This document shows positions 36,451-50,558 of a stretch of DNA of 64,000 bases, piece by piece. The position numbers and the translations under genes are program-made. Each line of letters opens with the position of its first letter. Within the stretch, counting starts at the first letter, position 1. Below the pieces are notes generated by a model. That model did not search any database. It was not told the DNA's origin and saw only the letters and a list, made by a program, of their open reading frames with translations. This stretch comes from Rhina ancylostomus (Eukaryota): the NCBI GenBank assembly GCA_030265395.1, contig JARFYF010000050.1, forward strand, positions 19,368,044-19,432,043. The letters run 5' to 3'.

Positions 36451-39017
36451 ACAATTCTCTTCCAAATACCATTTCTAACCCTCTGTATCAAGTATTAGAC
36501 ATCCACAATCAACAATCATGAACAAAATATGTCTCAAAATTACTGTAAAAGTTTTCAATGTAGGGTAGGGAGTCCACGATAGAGTTACAAAGTGTTACAA
36601 AGGACTGATGCTCTGGAATCACAAGACACTGCCTGGGGAATGTAAGGCTGCATTTACATTTTTCCTGTTACATTCAATTGTCCTTCTGAGCTATTGTCCA
36701 GAGCATCACTGAGCTGAATAATGCATTGGCTGAAAAAGACTTGGTGTAGCGGTCTCCTGCACACAATATATGCTGATATGGAGTAACATCTTCATTGTTT
36801 GGGAGAAGCTAATTAACCGAGCTCTCAGAAGTAGAATAAAAGATCAGAAAAGAGATTTCTTGGCAAATCCCATACAAAATAGGGTGCAGATGGAGCTGGA
36901 ATCAAGACGCAAGTGCTTAACTTGTCTTGGCTGCCGATAATCACCTTAATGACCAACGCCTCTGCATCATACGGTGCAGAGATGGAAAATAGGACTCCTG
37001 ATTAAAAATGCCTGTTTTTGGTGTTTGGTTTATATTTTCCATGCATTGCATGTAAGCCTTTCAACAAAAATGAGGCCATACCCTTTTATCCAAAAGGGGA
37101 TTACAAAGCTGAGATAAATTGAGATCAGCAAAATAACATCATTTCTCAAAAATAACAGCTAGAGGAGTGATTTCTGGCCGTAATCTAATTTTGAAACTCC
37201 AATTATGAATATAATCCACTGTTTAGCTTTATGATGTCACCTGAAGCTCCTTCATTAGATTAGAGCTCTGTAAATCATTCACAGACATCCATCATTATTG
37301 CCTATATAATATACAATNNNNNNNACTTAATTCAATATTTGTGGACCATAAACCATTTAATACAGTATGTGCAGATCAAGAAACTGCTTCTCCAACACAT
37401 CAGCAATTTTGAAATATTGTTTAACAATTTTGGGAAAGAATCCACAACCTCTAAAATTGCTAACATCTGCAACACAGCAAGTGTGCAAAGCTTGTATAAT
37501 GTTTTAGGGCTCACTTTTGCAACCTTAAGGTACTAAAGCTAATTCATTTATGTCTTTAAAGACATTAAATAACATGATTGCAGTCCCTCCTACCACTCAT
37601 CCTAAATTCTTACCTTAGCATGTTGCCCGTCAGTGTGCACAATGATTGAAGGTAATGTTTAAAGTGTACTTGACATCAGCAGATTTGACACAAACTTCCT
37701 ATAAAACACCACATGCTTTCTGGATTACACATTATAACTGAATAAAGTCAAATTCCAATATAATTATATTCCAGAAATACTGAATTCACAAATCTGAACT
37801 CGCTTTGCATTTTAGGCTACAAGATTAATGTAGAGCAACTTTTATTTTTAACCTTTTAAAGTTGAAGCTCAATAACAGTAACACTGAGTGACTTATATTA
37901 TTTCATGTTTTTATTTGCACTACCCATCATTGGTATATCTTTTGTCTTACTTGCATGAGATTTGCTTCTAACATTTCTATTGTACTTTAATTCACACCTT
38001 GAACTTTAAAAACTTAACCATTGACACTAAAACACACAAAACAAATTTGTAAATGAGTTTGTTAATATTCATATAGGAATGGCACTGGTTGGGAATTCTA
38101 AAAATTCAGGTTCAGCCTGAACCCCATAGGATTTACAGCAACTTATTCAATGGATATTAGCTTCCATGAGTACAAAACAATTATCTCAGTGGACGTAGGC
38201 TACCTAACAAATGTCTTCAAAATAACCCTCAGCCAGCAGACTTCAGCATCAGACATGTGACTACTGGATGTTGTCCGATAGATTTGGTGCCCACTGGCAC
38301 AGTGTTAGATGCTGCAGAATTTAGATCAAAGCTAAATCAAATCTCCAAAGTACAGAATATTCAGATATAATTTATTCAGAATTAATGTTTGTACAGCCAG
38401 AACAGACTCAAGGGCTGCTTCTGGAACTTGGTATGGTATTTTAAACTGGATAGCCAAAACAAAGTTATATCCCAGACATCCTGTCACAACTTAGGCAGGG
38501 GTCCCAGAGAAATTATGTGAATGACTGTTCCTCCAGCATTTCCTTTCACCATCTCTCGAAGTTAGGAAAAGATTATTGGAAGAACCTCAGCAGAAGTTCC
38601 AGGCATATAAACCATTGTAATTCCTCCTCATTATAGACAGGGCAAATATCCATGGCCACCTGCTGTTGCTTCCATTTTCAATTTAAAACAGATGCAATGA
38701 AGCAATATCCGATATCTCTGCTTCAGAAGTGTCTACATAATATAAGCACTAGGCCAAGTCTATCGCTATAGAATCAAAATATTGAGATCAAATTACACCA
38801 GCAATTCAGTGACAAAACATTCTGACTTGAGAGAGTGTTGCTTACATCAAATGATTTTGCTTTGGAAAATAATCAGTACCACAGTAGGATTCGTAAAGGT
38901 GAATTGAAAATAGCTGAGTATTAAAACAAGATTTCTACTCTGCAGAGATGTAGATTTGAACTATTGGCTTTTGACAATCATTCATGAATGACCAGGAGTA
39001 TTGCTTTGATTTAAGAA

Positions 39018-39175
39018 GAGCAAAAAAAACCTGCAGATCCCAGAAAATTGAAATAAAAAAGATGGTGGAAATACAAAGCAGGCCAAGGTGTGCCTGCGGA
39101 GAGAAGAACAGAGTGAACATTTCAGGTCGATGAGTTCACTTCAGAACTGTTATTTCCAGCAGTTTCTGTTTCTAT
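39018..39175. mobile_element. Short Penelope-associated repeat copy
   Basis: CTGCAGATCCCAGAAAATTGAAATAAAA...GAACAGAGTGAACATTTCAGGTCGATGAG...TCAGAAC. Confidence 0.7.
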
Positions 39176-40420
39176 AACGGTTTCGATTTTAATATTTTAT
39201 TGTTGCTTTTTTCACCACCAGAAGGATGCCTAATAAGATATATTATGTAGAAAAATTAATCATTTGATATGTAACATATCATGGGTCCACTTTGATTTAT
39301 GTTGCAATATGACAAGTAGATGTAAATTAGTTACATTATATTTGCATAAAGGGAACCAAGGGGTCTAATCAGTGTCCCTTACTTCAAAAGCTACATAAAA
39401 TAAGTAGATGCAGATAAATTCTATGTCATTTTACTGAGCGAATAGTAAAAAAACATTGAAAGGGTGCTTCTGTTGAAATTTTGAGAGTACATAATATTGC
39501 CAGTGAAGATGTGTACAAATTGTTATAATCTGCATTACAATAATAATAGGCACTTTGTTATTATATGTTATGTAGAAGCCTGAGTTTTGTCAAGAGAATG
39601 ACTTTTTTTAAATTATCCAGGAAGTAACCCAAACTCCTTCATCCATTAATTATATATTCCCCAGGCTATTCCTTGATTTTATCTGTTTTTCTGAAAAAAA
39701 CAATTGTGCTAGCTGGAATGTAGTTTCTGTACCTTATTCAACCATTACCTTAGATAATGCAAAAATCTTTTACCCAGTTAAGAGTTGAATCATATATTTT
39801 ACTGACGATGACACAAAGCAATTGCTGGTATATTCAGCTTTTCCTAACCACGTACTATTGACAAACATCATGAAAACAAAGTTCTATTCACATGAAATTT
39901 GTCTCTCATCCATGAGAAAATTACACATTCTTTAAAAATTTATGAATACATGGTGCAAAACTACCGTCACAGTTTCAACAACTAAAGGGTATTGCAGAGA
40001 TAAAAGATGGAAATAATCCCCTCCTTCATGCAAACCTGTTTAATGTTCACATCAGTGCTCACTGCAGTGCTATCACTGTTAGTCCTAATTTGCTGGCAAA
40101 CAAAGCTATTTAACCAATTTATCACTTAATGGGCAGGATACTGGCAAGGTCTGCCTCTCCCATTTACAAAGCTGCTTTAATCGTGCACATATATTCTAAA
40201 CAACATGAAGTATGTATATATGCATATTAAAAATAAACATCAATGCATATAATGTATGTTATAATAAAAATCAATGCCTTTGTGTGTGTTTTAATAGACT
40301 TGTCACACATTCAAGTGCATCCACAAAGAATTCACTGCTGAACAGATACTTTAATTGTATATTCCTATGCATGAGATATACAGAAAGTTGCAGTGTATAT
40401 TCTAGTATGTACAAGCTCCA

Positions 40421-41627
40421 TATATTCTTCAACTGTGCCTTTTATTCTCCACCCCAACATTCTGTTTTCCTCCTCACTAATACCACTAAACCCTCCCAAT
40501 TCTTAAAGCCTTTCTTCTAAACATTATCAACATATCACAGGTCCACAAAGAATACTCCCTTGTACTTAAATCCCCAATAAGCTTATGTTCCCAGTCACTG
40601 CTTCTCTAACACTGGGTTACTCCTCATTCCTGCTCCAACACTGGTGGCTACTGGCTCATACACTAGCCTCCTATCCTTCACAATTTCCTCAAAATTAAAA
40701 AAGTGCCAATGCTGGAAATCTGAAATAAGGACACAAGAAAATAGAAACAGAAGTAGGTCACCAGGCTCCTAAAGCTAGTCCTGCCATTCAATATGATCGT
40801 GGCTGACCTGTGAATGTCTTAACTACTCGTCTGTGCCACTTCCCCATAACCCTTGATCTTTCAAAAATGCATCTTAAATATATCTAATGATCTAGCCTCC
40901 ACCACCCTTGGGGCCAGAGAATTCCAACAACTCACTACCTTCTGAGAGAAGAAATTTTCAGCACCTCAGTTTTAAATGACCATTTCCTTATTTTGCAGCT
41001 ATGGCCCCTAGTTGTCACTTCCCCACTTCTCACCTCTCTCATTCCAGGAATTACTTTGGTGTATCTCCTTTGGACTGCCTTCAGTGCTACTACCTACTAG
41101 AGCAAGAGTCATAGAGCAGCACAGCACGGATACAGGCCCTTTGGCCCAATCAGTCCATGCTGACTTTTTTTGATAAGTGTACAAAACTGTGTACAGTGTT
41201 CCGGGTGTGGCCTCACTGTACCAATACCTCCTCTTCTTAAACTCCAACCCCTTTGTAATGAAGGTCATGATGACCTTTGCCTTCTTAACTACTTGTTGGA
41301 TCTACTTGCTAACATTGTGATTAATGCACTAGAACACCTAGACCCCTCTGAATTTTACTCATTTGCAGTAAAAATAAATGAAATAAAAGTAGAAAATGCT
41401 CTGTGGAAAGAGAAACAGAGTTAAAGTTTCAGGTCATCAGAAGGATCGTCAACCTGAACCGTTAGCTCTGTTTCCTGCTGATTAACTTTACCATTTGCTT
41501 TCAATACTTCACTCAAAATTATATTCTCCAACTCTGCCTTTTATTCTCCAGCCAAACCTTCTATTATCCTCCTCACTAATACCACTAACCTTAAAGCCTT
41601 TCTTCAAAACATTATCAACATATCACA
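40421..41627 (+). repeat. Imperfect ~110-120 bp direct repeat pair (40421-40539 and 41520-41627)
   Basis: Both copies read TATATTCT.CAACT.TGCCTTTTATTCTCCA...TCCTCCTCACTAATACCACTAA...CTTAAAGCCTTTCTTC.AAACATTATCAACATATCACA. Confidence 0.9.
40731..41355 (-). mobile_element. CR1 LINE 3' end, inserted into a Penelope-associated repeat and carrying a nested SINE/LINE tail (41105-41165)
   Basis: CR1 tail in reverse (GAAGTAGGTCACC...GCCATTCAATATGATCGTGGCTGA; GAGAATTCCAACAACTCACTACC; FITKGLEFK). Host repeat halves lie at 40700-40730 and 41380-41480. Confidence 0.8.
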
Positions 41628-41789
41628 TATAGACGTGTTTCAAGATAGTCTTCTGCTACTCTGATTCAATCCTTCTGATTTACAAATGCCGAATACCAAA
41701 GTAAACCCTTCAGTAGCAAAATATTTGTGACTCACCCTTGTTCTTATAAATCATCATTTTTGGACCACAGTGTTTGTTCAATCTTCTGT

Positions 41790-42000
41790 GTACCACACAT
41801 CTGGCCCATCGTTTGAGCACATCTACTGATCTTCTCTGAGGTCAACTGTTGCTGTACCATATTTTTGCTCCATGGGTTTGCAGCAAAGGCCCAATACCAC
41901 CAGGGTCCCAGCTCTAGATGACTAAATTAGGTTCACTACAGTTAGGGAGATATTGCTGCTGTCATGGAAGCAACCAGGAAAATAAATGCCAACTTGACCA
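41790..42000 (-). pseudogene. PIF/Harbinger DDE transposase catalytic-region remnant
   Basis: The minus strand gives, in the correct order, VGIYFPGCFHDSS (cf. PGS.HDs), EQKY (cf. E.rYN) and RRSVDVLKRWARCV (cf. ERtiGvLK.RFRCL). Confidence 0.5.
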
Positions 42001-43511
42001 TGAAATATCCCCAGAAACCACACCTTCTGGGTGACCAAGGCTACGCCAGATTTCCACAGGCCAGTAGTTGTTGCCCGTCTACTTCTAGCAGCATGTTAAA
42101 TCCTTCTACCACTGCTGTAAACCTGACTCAACCTTGTAAATTTTGCCCACCGCTTGTACACATGATCCCTGCAAGTGGTATATTAGCAAATATGTATGCA
42201 CAATGGGTCACAGCTTAATACATAAATTCAGTGATTCTGCACCTCTGATCAATTACTTATTGCCAGATGTGTGGGTCAGGACCATAATTGACGTCCTATT
42301 TTATTTACTCTAAAACAGTCAACCCACTCCCCACATAAGAACACCAACATACATTTGAATAAACATGCATTCCAGGTACAGTTTACCATTCAATGTTTTT
42401 GAAATAAAACATTAAAATGGTAAAAATGCATTGCAGGTACACTTTTCTACCAGCATGCAATGGAGAGGAAATGGATTCATGTGGTTGGTCATTCATTGCA
42501 TTCATTAGTCTGACAAAGGGTGACACCAAAAGATGTCCTGTTGTCTCAGGTGCTGATCACGCTGAAGTGCAACATTTTCTCTTTTTAACACTGATTACCA
42601 GCATTCCTTTTCTTTTTTATCCTACATTCTGTATTTTTTAAACAGATCTCATATATTTGAGTTATGAACCACAGAGATGTACCAAGAAAGCAATGCCATG
42701 TGAATTCTAGTATAATTATAAAACAGTGTCTCAGAACTAACATAAAAGCAATAATAACAACAAGAACCTGTACCCTAGAGGACTGTACTTACATAGGTTG
42801 TAACAATATGCCTCCAGGATGACATGAATTTGAACACCATTATTCATCAATATCTCTCACTTTTGCATGATTACTTTAATGACATTTCCTTCTTGCACAA
42901 CATTTAATATTTAATGTGCATTTGAAGCTTTTGTAGTTCAATAACCTTTATTTATATACTGTTCTTTCAAGGGTTTACATTCACATTTCCATATATATTT
43001 TATGAAGTCATTGTAGGCTGTACATTGTACATTTTGATTAGAAGGTATTTGTGAGTGGAGTTCATTGACACAATAAGATTTCTTGGTGCGCTTGAGTATA
43101 TGCAGGNNNNNNNNNNCTGTGGGAACTGGTTACTTATGATCCTATTAGTTGCTTCTACTGTCCTTCCCTTCTGTTGACCCTCTGTATTAGTTGCCTTCTC
43201 AGCCTGGGAGATAGCCTGTATGTGGAGTTAGGGAGGGTTACGTTTCCAGCATTGGACTGCAGGCTTCAGGTTCTTCCTCTAATTCTTGGCAGAAACCTCA
43301 GTCTAAACTGGTATGGGGCAAAGGAGCGCAGGTGTGAGTCCAGCCTTTGTCCGTTACAATGCGCGAATGCAATTTCAGCAGCCGGTTCCAAAAGTAGCAA
43401 AATCTTGTGCACTTAGTAGATTTCTTGCTTTGTAGTGAATAGACCATCAAAAATATCAGCCTGGTTCTGTAACATTGCCCCCACCTCTTTGACTGCCAGC
43501 TGTTTTAAATG

Positions 43512-43640
43512 ATTCATTCAAGGAATGTGGACATGACTGGAAAGGCCAACGTTTATTGACTATCCCTAATTGACTCTGAATTTAGCAACTTGCCTTTTCA
43601 GAAGTAAGAATCAATTTTATAGGTGGGTCTGAGGACCGCC
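43512..43640 (-). mobile_element. SINE/LINE 3' tail fragment
   Basis: ATTCATTCAAGGAATGTGGACATGACTGGAAAGGCCAACGTTTATTGACTATCCCTAATTG. Confidence 0.6.
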
Positions 43641-44787
43641 TGTCCTGATGTGTGAGTGATCAGGTCTGCTTTGAAGACTGCTGACTTAATCCCAGAGGGC
43701 AAGAGTTAACCTCCAAAACTGTGGGAATGCCTTTAAATCTTGTGCTCCAGATGGCTTTGGAGATGCCACAGGTGCTGATGTGGCTTGGGGTCTCCCAGAT
43801 TAGGTGACCCCTGTTGCCAGGTGATGTGCATAGAGCCAACAGGTCAGCTGTTTCTATTACTTCAGTGCCAGAAGGCAAGATTGAGGCGAGTGCTGTAATA
43901 AATTAGCATTCACATTTTCAACTTGCCCAAGCTCAGTGGGGATACAGTTGTGAGGGCTATGGCTGGCCACCACATGTGCCCACAAGTCAGTGTGGAGAGA
44001 CATCAGGGATGACGTAAGCAAGGCAAACTGGTCTGCTTTAAGTTGTTTATTCTATTTTGTCATGGGTGGCACTTGGAGGCATTTTTCACTCAACCTTGTG
44101 GCATTTTGTTTATTTCCTTAAGTCCTGAAGAGGTAATAAATCAAAAATAAATCAAGATTGGATTAAGTTGCTGGCAGGTCATGACATCATTGAAAGTCTC
44201 AATAACCTTTCTCAAAGCTTCTTTAAAATACTGTCAACCATAATTTAAAAAAGAACATTCGACACAGAAGAGATTTTGCTCAGGCAGTTTCAGCGGTTTG
44301 ACCACTATTGAAAGGATGTGCCGTGTCAAACTATCAGTACTTCCACTGAGATAAAAAAATGCACTTTATGTTAGCTTCCAATAGAAACCACAAGTAGTCA
44401 TTAATTTATGGTGTTCTGGCAATAAAACTTTCCAGAAATACTGGTGTAATCTTGTTATAATCTGACTTTGGTACAACATTTCTAATAAATTCTCCAGAGT
44501 AACTGTATATCTGACGTGAAATTTTGCCCATTGTATTGGCTGTTAAATTTAGGTCTTTATTCAATGGGTAGAAAATCTAATTTTCTCCTTTTAGTAGGAG
44601 TTTGGCAGAAAAATCATATTTATTCCATACCTTTATTTGTTTTCTGACCAATTGGGAAATTGTTTGCAAAGCTAATTATTGAATGAGACAATATGTCTTT
44701 TTGTCTCTGGGCTCTGGATTTGAGTTGATATTTTGAACAATATGAAACTAAATGAGCTAGGATAATTTATTTTTTATTATTATTCAT

Positions 44788-45130
44788 TCATTCACAGGAA
44801 TCCGGCATCAACGGTACAGCAGATATTAATTATCCATCCCCAGTTGCCCCTTAACTGAGGACAGACTAAAGAGAAAACTACATTGTCAATCCAGTACAAC
44901 ATTGCGGTCAGACTGGGTACAGGTGGCAGATTCCCTTTGCTGAAGAACATTAATGAACTTGATGGGTTTTTACTGATATACTGAATCAATGTTGATCCAC
45001 TCCTTTTACCTTCAGGTTTATTTATTGTATAATGAAATTCCCCAATTGCCAAGGTGGGAATTTGAACTTGTGCTTCTAAACCAATGGCTCAGGTTTTAGT
45101 CCAGAAACTTAACCACTCTATCACCATGCT
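44788..45130 (-). mobile_element. Decayed tRNA-derived SINE
   Basis: Reversed tail (ATTC)nACAGGAATCCGGCATC, and a reversed head GGTGGGAATTTGAACTTG...AACCACTCTATCACC. Confidence 0.65.
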
Positions 45131-48100
45131 TTTAGTTTTCTGTTCAATATTGTCCCACAATTTAACTCTGGCATCATTTTGATGCCAACTGGCACCAAGA
45201 AAACATTTGGAGAAGTTGGAGCTTGAAATTGAAAGCTGGTCATTTCTCATACAATGTATCTGAGCACAAAGTAAACAAGCGGTCATTCAGCCACATATTA
45301 CACAGACTTGTCTGCATTGCTTTGGACTAACTGCAAAGACAAACAGGCTTAATAATATTAATAGCATTAGTATTTCTGTCCATCGCCCCGGCAATCTGGT
45401 GGGTATGCAACTATTTCCCTAAGAGTCTACTGGGAAGGGTGTAGACAAAGGTCATCTTGTGCAGTTTAACATTGAATATACATCAGGTGTCCTGACTATT
45501 TAATGAAAGCACCTCCTATTTGTGCTGCAACTGTTCAATTTGAGCTTCCAATTAAGACAATATGAATTTTTGAACAACCTCGTTCAAATCGAAAATCAAA
45601 ACTTATTTGATGTAGAGTCTGAATGCTGTTTAACTGTCACTTGAATTATGCTGCTCTCAATGGGAAAATAGTGCCAGTTATTGGGTTGGGATACTAGATG
45701 GAGATGTACCGACAAGCAACAAGAAAATTTCACCTCAGGGAGAAAAAGGAGAAACTGACAAGACCAGCAAGAATGAGCATATTTTGTGAAACATGGATTT
45801 GGATGGGTGAGATTCACAATATCTGAACTGGGCTACTGGACCAAAACACTGCTTTAAAATGAATACAATGAATAAATAAAACATCTTTTCCCTATTACTG
45901 CAGCTACCGGTGCAAGAAATCCAATGTATAATGAGGGTATGCACTCACTGAATGGATTAACAGCAAAAGAAATCTTCCAAACAGGCATAGGAGTGTGGCA
46001 TATACTTGTGAAGACACAGAACTAGTAAGGTAGTCCCCAAATGTGAGAGAAACGGTGTATCAATTTAAATACCAGTATTTCACATTTATCTCTTTTGCTT
46101 TGCTCCAAATAATGTTTTNNNNNNNNNNTCCCAAATGTGTTACGCTATTATCTGAGCTTGTCAAATAGGTGCAAAGAGATGCTGCAGTTGACAGACAAGT
46201 CCTCAGTTCCATCCAAACCCCTATCCTTAGTCCCTTAACAGAGAGGAGGGCCACATGACATGGCAACAGGGGGAATGTGAATTCAGTACAAAATAATGCT
46301 AAGACCCAGATTTAAACTGGTACTGACTGCAAGGAAGAAAGTTGATTGGTGCATTAACCCAAGTATAGGTTAATACAGTCTAGAGGCAGTTTAGATGCAA
46401 CTGCCTTCTTTTGGCTGAAGATATTGCTGCTAGCAGTTTTTCTTCAGAACTGCAACCAAATAGGACAAACATCCTTTTTTATAGCAGTCGTCCAATCAAG
46501 ACTCCTTTTCCAATACCTTAAGAAATGGGCTACTAAGATACAAAATTTTTCTGAATTGTTCATACTTAATCTGAAAAGGAAAAAAGATTGTGGCCGATCA
46601 ACTGCCTTCTGGCAGAAAAGAACAAAAGGATTTTGATTTGTTATTTGCTTCATCGTTTCCTTCTGGGCACAGACACAGGAGGCAGTGCCCCTTTAATCGC
46701 TTTAGAGAGGGTGGTGAGCAGACAAGTTATCCATGCTAACCAAATCTATTGTGATTGGAGGCCAGTGGAATAAAGTTTCAAGTGTTGGCAACATTTTTCC
46801 TATAGTCTACCAAATTATATAAGTTACTACTATTTAGAATTGACTGCAATCGATCTGATAGGGTTAATGACCCTATTAACTTGAAATTGCTATTAACTTT
46901 GTGAGCTATTCCAATTTATCATGTTGACACATGGGTTTTCAGTGTGGACTGAGCTTGTTACGTGTCACTACCAAGGGATAGTTTTTAAATATTTTATTTA
47001 GATGTTTTTCTTTTATTTAAATCCAATTGACATGAAGCAGCTTAGAGCCTTTGGTTACCATTGAGAAGTAAAGATGGAATACGTTTTCCTGAAGTAAATT
47101 AAATTTAAACTCTTTTGTTTTGAAGAAAATATTTTGAGCACTAACATACTGAAATGTAGTGTAGCCTCATGGTCATCTTGCTGGGATTTAATCCAGCAGA
47201 GAAAACAAAGACCAGGTGTCATCTATCAGCTGAGCATTAACTAAACTGCTAACCTTTTGAGGAGAACAGTTCTGCAATAAGAAAATGTTTACTAACCACA
47301 ATGGCCTAATATTTAACTTCCAGCCATTGGAAGTTCATTCATTTCTTATTATTGCTTGCATTATCATATCTCGATCTTGAAATTTTAGCTCCATACCTTC
47401 ATATTTGCCCTCTTAGTTTCCTGCAAACTCATCAGTTTATGACTTTGATCTCCAATCTACAACAGTCTTGGTGAATGGCCATGTAAAAGATCATTTATGT
47501 AACACTACTCATTTTAACAAGCTTTCATTGGTCCCAAAGGAAGCATTATAAAAAGATCTATTAATACTTTGTTGAAATTTTCTGATTTTAAGTCATCTTA
47601 AAATTTAAACATAAAACTAAATTCTTCTTTTATTTTTGCAATAAAATGACATGAAATTAATTATTTTAAATTTGCATTCTTTTACTATTGTCTATTGCAT
47701 TATTTAACATGTTGGATGGAAAACTGAGAAATGAACACAACTGGGGAGAACAAATAGCACTGATTTGTGGGGGCTAAGTTTAACTTGTGGGGGTAAGATG
47801 TAAGTTATGCCTGAAAGGTTGGTGGGGGGCAGGGGCAGGAAGTGTCAAGTTTTTGTCTACACTATTTTAAATTGCATAATGCACCTGCAGTATTGACCAC
47901 TATATCATCAATTCATAACCCATATATTTGTTCCTTATGAAACAAAGGGTACAGATTCAGGTGCAGGAAGCTGGGAGCAGCGTTTGCACACAAAAAGAGA
48001 CACTTGAACTCAGTGCTGCCATGATGCAGTTACCTGTGTAAAATGGGGCTACTTTTTGTCACAGAATAACACCTTTCACTTTTACCTGCATTGATGAAAT

Positions 48101-49814
48101 GCAATTATAATGTAAGAATTAAATATCAAAAGTTTCAGTTTCAGAGAAACTTTTATTTTGCAATGTTGCAAAGAAATACTTTTCTACTTCCACCTCACCA
48201 GCACAATATTCTACAATTGGAAAGGTAAAAAAATGGAACTAAGGTTTTATACAAAATATGACAAAAATATATGTGTATTTCTGGAGTAATGTTTTGACCT
48301 TTTGCTGGCCAAGCTCTTTTGTATAAATGATTCAATGAACCAAAAAATTTCACATGCTCTAAATATACATTTTATATGCTTTACATATATATTAGATCTG
48401 TCTGTTCACTCTCAATACATGGGTGGTTCTGGTGTGACAAATGAACGAAAATAATAGTGTTCTTGCAACAAAGTGTTCTATGATCAGCTTACTTAACCAG
48501 CATAACTCTTATTTTTTCATGGCTCCAATCCACTCAAAGATAAAACCACATGTTATGTGCTTTGTTACAAAGTAAGTTTTATTATATTTAATTTATAACA
48601 ATAAAAGATTCTCTGTTCTTCAATTTTTCATCTGATTGTGGAAAGAATGATTAAAATAGGCTGAGCCATGAGCATTATACAAGATGGAACCCCTTGAACC
48701 ATTTAGTTCAAATATAAAAGAGTAAGTTTATGTTAATTAATTGAGATTCTTGTGGAGTGGTTCTGGTTTCACAGCAACCAGAGTACTAGTTTGTGTACTT
48801 GTAATGTACTCACTCCTGGTCCCGAAAGGAAATCATACATGATTCAATTTGACCCTGTTACATCTCTAAACATATGTAAATCTGCTTTTATGCCAGGCAG
48901 TATCAGTGGTCATTACAAAGTAGCTCATTGTCAGGAGATTCTGAAACAATACAAGCATCTCCTCAAGGTGAACTTATTCACAGGCACGCTGCTGGTGGCA
49001 CATGTACCTCAGGTTAGGTTTGAGTAGCTGTCTCCAAGGAGGACTGTCTTTAGGAACCACCTGTTATAAAACTTCGCATCTGAAAGGTGTTAAGAACTTG
49101 GGGAGGAGTGAAAATGGAAAAGGTTACTGAAACATCATGTTTGCATAACTGAATGTAATTGGACTACAAGCGGGGGTTTTGGGGGGGTGGGGGCGGGGGG
49201 GAGGAGTCAGGCATTGTTACAATGATAGAGGACAATTCAAATACTTCTCTCCTACATGTCTCAGCAGATCTAGAGCTATAAACAACTCTGCATCTCTTGT
49301 GGCCTTTTAATGCCAAGTTTCAGCATTTTGCCTTCTTTACTTTATAATTCTTGGAAAGTACAAAGTTGTATATTTGATGACTAGTTTGTAGGGTGCAGAG
49401 CTTTGGCCTAGAATCTGGGTCTGTTCCATGGCCCTAATTCTGATTTGGGCAATAGGGCATTAGTCCATTCGCTCTTTGCTGAGACAGAATGTTGGAACAT
49501 ATCTACGCGCCGGTAGAACTTAACCCAACAGGCCACCCAATAGGGCCAAGAACAAGACTTAAGCCTAAGAACATCCCAAGACATCAGAGGAAGAGGTATT
49601 CATGCAGAACTCAATACAAATCTACAAGTCTTCTTTCTTTGACTAGGATGCCACTCTAACTTCTGCCTGTGCATCGAGTGAGTTTCTATAGGAACATGTA
49701 ATCTACCCTGATCACAGAACCCCATTGCTGCAATTTAAGGTAGAGTCAAACCCACAACAGAGCAGTGGCTCCAATACTTCCATTAATACTGCCCTCATCC
49801 CAGTAAGAGTACAA

Positions 49815-50088
49815 CTTCCCGACAGCCATCAGGTTTTTGAACCAACCTGAAAAACCCTAATATTACCTCAGACTATATTTTTCTCTCTCAGCTTGCACTA
49901 TTGTCATTATGTTTATTTTAGTTTATTTTGTTGTGCAGGTCACGTAGTAATTTATGTAAATTTAAATCTATGTTAACTTATGTTTGTCGTGTTTGTAATC
50001 TACTGTGTTGCTGCTGCTGTAAAGAGCTAACTTTCATGACAGTTATACCATGGGTATGTAAGCCTATGACTATAAACTTGAACTTGAA
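49815..50088 (+). mobile_element. Rex/Babar-type 3' tail
   Basis: NF-PTAIRFLN-like end (ACAGCCATCAGGTTTTTGAAC), TTGCACT, GCTGCTGCTG and a terminal ATAAACTTGAACTTGAA. Confidence 0.7.
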
Positions 50089-50558
50089 TATTCTTCATAA
50101 CATTTGAAGAGGTGTTGCTAAAATTACAGGGGTAATAAAGTCACATTTGGCAGCATCCACAAAAGGAATAAATTAGGTAACAAGGAAAAGAAATAAATAA
50201 AGACAAAGAGACAAGAAGGGATAAGAAAGGAACAAAGACAGAGACATCACAGAGACAGAAATGTCCCCGTTACCTGTTGATTACTTGTTTCTTATTACAG
50301 CTGCTGAATCTGTGAGAATTGGATGGAGATCTGCTTTCAAAATTTTAACCAAACTTATTTTATAGTCAGCGCCAGGGACTAACAAGAAGAGACAAGAATG
50401 AGGGTTCACCCAGTTTCTTTTTCTATGCCTGTCCTCTGGTGAACTTACTGAAACAGCAGAATTACATTTGGTTGCTTTGATGAGGAACTGCAGACAAACT
50501 TTGTCCCAGAACTGTGTGGTGTTAAATGGGACATTCAGGAGAAGCAGATTGTGGAGGT

